From: Pirellulales bacterium
GTDB taxonomy: Bacteria; Planctomycetota; Planctomycetia; Pirellulales; UBA1268
DNA: 64,000 nucleotides
Direction of reading: 5' to 3'
Assembly: GCA_016779265.1 (NCBI GenBank)
Contig: JADHNY010000004.1
Coordinates: 5,584 to 69,583, forward strand
Shown here piece after piece: positions 62,021 to 64,000 of this stretch (its first letter is position 1; every line of letters begins with the position of its first letter). The position numbers were made by a program, and so were the translations under genes. The notes under the pieces were generated by a model that saw only the letters and a list, made by a program, of their open reading frames with translations, had not been told where the DNA came from and did no database searches.

Positions 62021-62391
62021 GACTGCCGAGGCCCTAAGAACTGCTCGATCTTTTCAAGCAGCCGGACAAACTCCACAGGCTTCGTCTCATACTCATCACA
62101 ACCAACATCCAACGCCTTTTCACGATCTCCTGCCATGGCATGCGCCGTGAGGGCAATGATGGGAATCTGCCCAGTTTCCTCTGCCGCCTTGATCCGCTTC
62201 GTGGCCTCCCAGCCATCGATCAGTGGGATATTCATATCCATCAGGATTAGGGCTGGCGAGTCGGCCGAAGCCTTCGCCACAGCCTCTTCCCCATCAACAG
62301 CGACCGTCACCGTATACCCCTTCCGCTGCAGCCGGCGAGACAGCATGTCGCGATTAAGTTCGTTGTCTTCAACAAGCAGGATCGTGGACAT
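62017..62391 (-). CDS. Single-domain response regulator (DivK-like)
   Basis: ILLVEDN; LILMDMNIP.IDG; IIALTAHAM; TKP. Confidence 0.93.
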   Translation of the reverse strand: MSTILLVEDNELNRDMLSRRLQRKGYTVTVAVDGEEAVAKASADSPALILMDMNIPLIDGWEATKRIKAAEETGQIPIIALTAHAMAGDREKALDVGCDEYETKPVEFVRLLEKIEQFLGPRQS

Positions 62392-62413
62392 AAAAATCTA
62401 CTCTGGAAAAAAC

Positions 62414-64000
62414 TTAGTTGAGCGGAGAAGGGTGTGGATTCAGGTGCAGACGGTCTCGCAGATACTTGGAGACATCCTTTGCCGTCGTGATGCTTTTGGG
62501 AATGATGTCAACAACCCCTCCATTCATCTGCGCGCGTTGTGCTGGTGTTACATCCATGGCCGACACCACCACAACCGGCACTGCATCACCTCCAGGAATC
62601 TGACGAAACCGTTTTAGGAACTCAAAGCCATCCATCTCCGGCATCATCAGATCGAGCAGAATGACCACTGGAAGTTCGGCCTCAACCAACTCCAGCCCAA
62701 CTCGTCCGTTCTCAGCTTCAAGAACCCGCCAGCCATCTTTTTTCAGAAGCCGCACAATCTGCTCACGGCTCGCCTCGTCGTCTTCGACGACCAAGACCGG
62801 CCGGCCATCACGGTCCTTCCTGTGTCGCGCCATGATTTCTCCGAGACGCGACCAGTCAACGGGCTTCGTGAGGTACTGCGAGGCGCCCACGGCCACTCCC
62901 ATATCACGGCTGTCGGTGACCGTCACCACGACCACGGGAATCTGTGAGGTCTTCGGGTCGTTGCGGAGCGCCGTCACCACCTCCCAGCCATCCATTTCAG
63001 GCATCATCACGTCGGTGGTCACCGCCATAGGCTGCAGCCTGCGTGCCATCTCCACACCGTCGCGCCCGTTCGCGGCAAGGTGGACATCGAAGCCTTCTTT
63101 GGTCAAAAAACGATCCATCAGTTCCAGCATCACAGGATCGTCGTCGATCACCAGAATCGAGGGCCGTTTGCCTTGGCTCGTCGCTTCTCGCTTATACGCA
63201 TCGAGTGGAGTTCCTGTTGCACTCACCTCAGTACTCACCGCTGGCAGAGTCACGGTAAATGTCGACCCCTTGCCTGTCTCGCTTTCAACAGTGATGTCAC
63301 CACCGAGCATCCGGCAGAACCGGCGGCTGATTGCCAAGCCCAGGCCCGTCCCTCCAAACCGACGCGTCGTGGAAGAGTCTGCCTGAGTGAACGCCTGAAA
63401 AAGCTTGGCGACCTGCGTGCTGCTCATCCCAATGCCGGTGTCAGTTACCTGAAACACCAGCACCTCTCCCGACGGCTCCGCGTGCCGCGTCACCAGAACC
63501 CGGATGCTTCCCTGCTCGCAAAACTTCGCCGCATTGCTGAGGAGATTGATGAGAGTCTGCCGAACCTTGGTGAGATCACTCTTCATCTCACCGCAGTCAT
63601 CGCCAACCCGCACCTCGAGCGTGTTCTGGTTTTGACGCAGCAGAGGCTGCACGGTGTTTTCAACATCACGGACCACCGAGGCCACATCAAACGCCTCAAT
63701 AAATACCGTCATCTTGCCGCTCTCGATCTTAGAGATATCGAGAACGTCGTTGATCAACGACAACAGATGTCGACCTGCTCCATGAATCTTATTCAGGTCG
63801 CCCACGACCTCATCAGGCTCCATCGAGTCAAACTCCTCCATCAGCATTTCGCTGTAGCCGATGATCGCATTCATCGGAGTCCGGAGTTCATGGCTCATGT
63901 TGGCGAGAAACATCGACTTCGCGTAGTTGGCCTCCACGGCCGCATCACGGGCCTTCATGAGATCGGCGTTCATCTGCTCGTTGGCTACTTCCGCGCGGAG
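62414..64000 (-). CDS. Hybrid histidine kinase with two receiver domains (partial; 5' end beyond the right edge)
   Basis: [19 protein letters not shown]; NLLSNAAKF; DTGIG; GGTGLGL; two REC domains. The frame is open to position 64000 ([13 protein letters not shown]). Confidence 0.93.
   Translation of the reverse strand, partial: LRAEVANEQMNADLMKARDAAVEANYAKSMFLANMSHELRTPMNAIIGYSEMLMEEFDSMEPDEVVGDLNKIHGAGRHLLSLINDVLDISKIESGKMTVFIEAFDVASVVRDVENTVQPLLRQNQNTLEVRVGDDCGEMKSDLTKVRQTLINLLSNAAKFCEQGSIRVLVTRHAEPSGEVLVFQVTDTGIGMSSTQVAKLFQAFTQADSSTTRRFGGTGLGLAISRRFCRMLGGDITVESETGKGSTFTVTLPAVSTEVSATGTPLDAYKREATSQGKRPSILVIDDDPVMLELMDRFLTKEGFDVHLAANGRDGVEMARRLQPMAVTTDVMMPEMDGWEVVTALRNDPKTSQIPVVVVTVTDSRDMGVAVGASQYLTKPVDWSRLGEIMARHRKDRDGRPVLVVEDDEASREQIVRLLKKDGWRVLEAENGRVGLELVEAELPVVILLDLMMPEMDGFEFLKRFRQIPGGDAVPVVVVSAMDVTPAQRAQMNGGVVDIIPKSITTAKDVSKYLRDRLHLNPHPSPLN

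Overview
GC-rich (~60-65%) chromosomal window, almost certainly from a Planctomycete (Pirellulales-like). Evidence for that: a PSCyt1/DUF1549/DUF1553 + DUF1501 pair, a planctomycete extracellular 'LERLESRAMLA' motif, a PVC-type CxxCH dehydrogenase, a BBP2 porin and several sulfatases. About 43 protein genes are supported; the two edge genes run off the window. I found no rRNA, tRNA, CRISPR array or transposase. Contents: glycan/sulfate catabolism (GH106, GH2, galK, 3 sulfatases, esterases); nitrogen genes (glnII with a strong sigma54 promoter; a minimal eat-eutBC operon); katG plus a redoxin; lemA-DUF2207; NRAMP; a FadL-like porin; and a two-component/adenylate cyclase cluster. The most intriguing uncharacterised items are (i) an M48 protease plus three tandem AIM24 paralogues preceded by a 20-bp tandem repeat, (ii) an adenylate cyclase with two DHp-only domains resembling the neighbouring hybrid kinase, (iii) a secreted protein with a gingipain/caspase-like His-Cys arrangement coupled to galK, (iv) a FAD-oxidase/DUF155-like/DUF1624 operon, and (v) a small Cys-rich secreted protein divergent from a soluble Ser/Thr kinase. 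All product calls come from motif recognition by eye; no database search was run.
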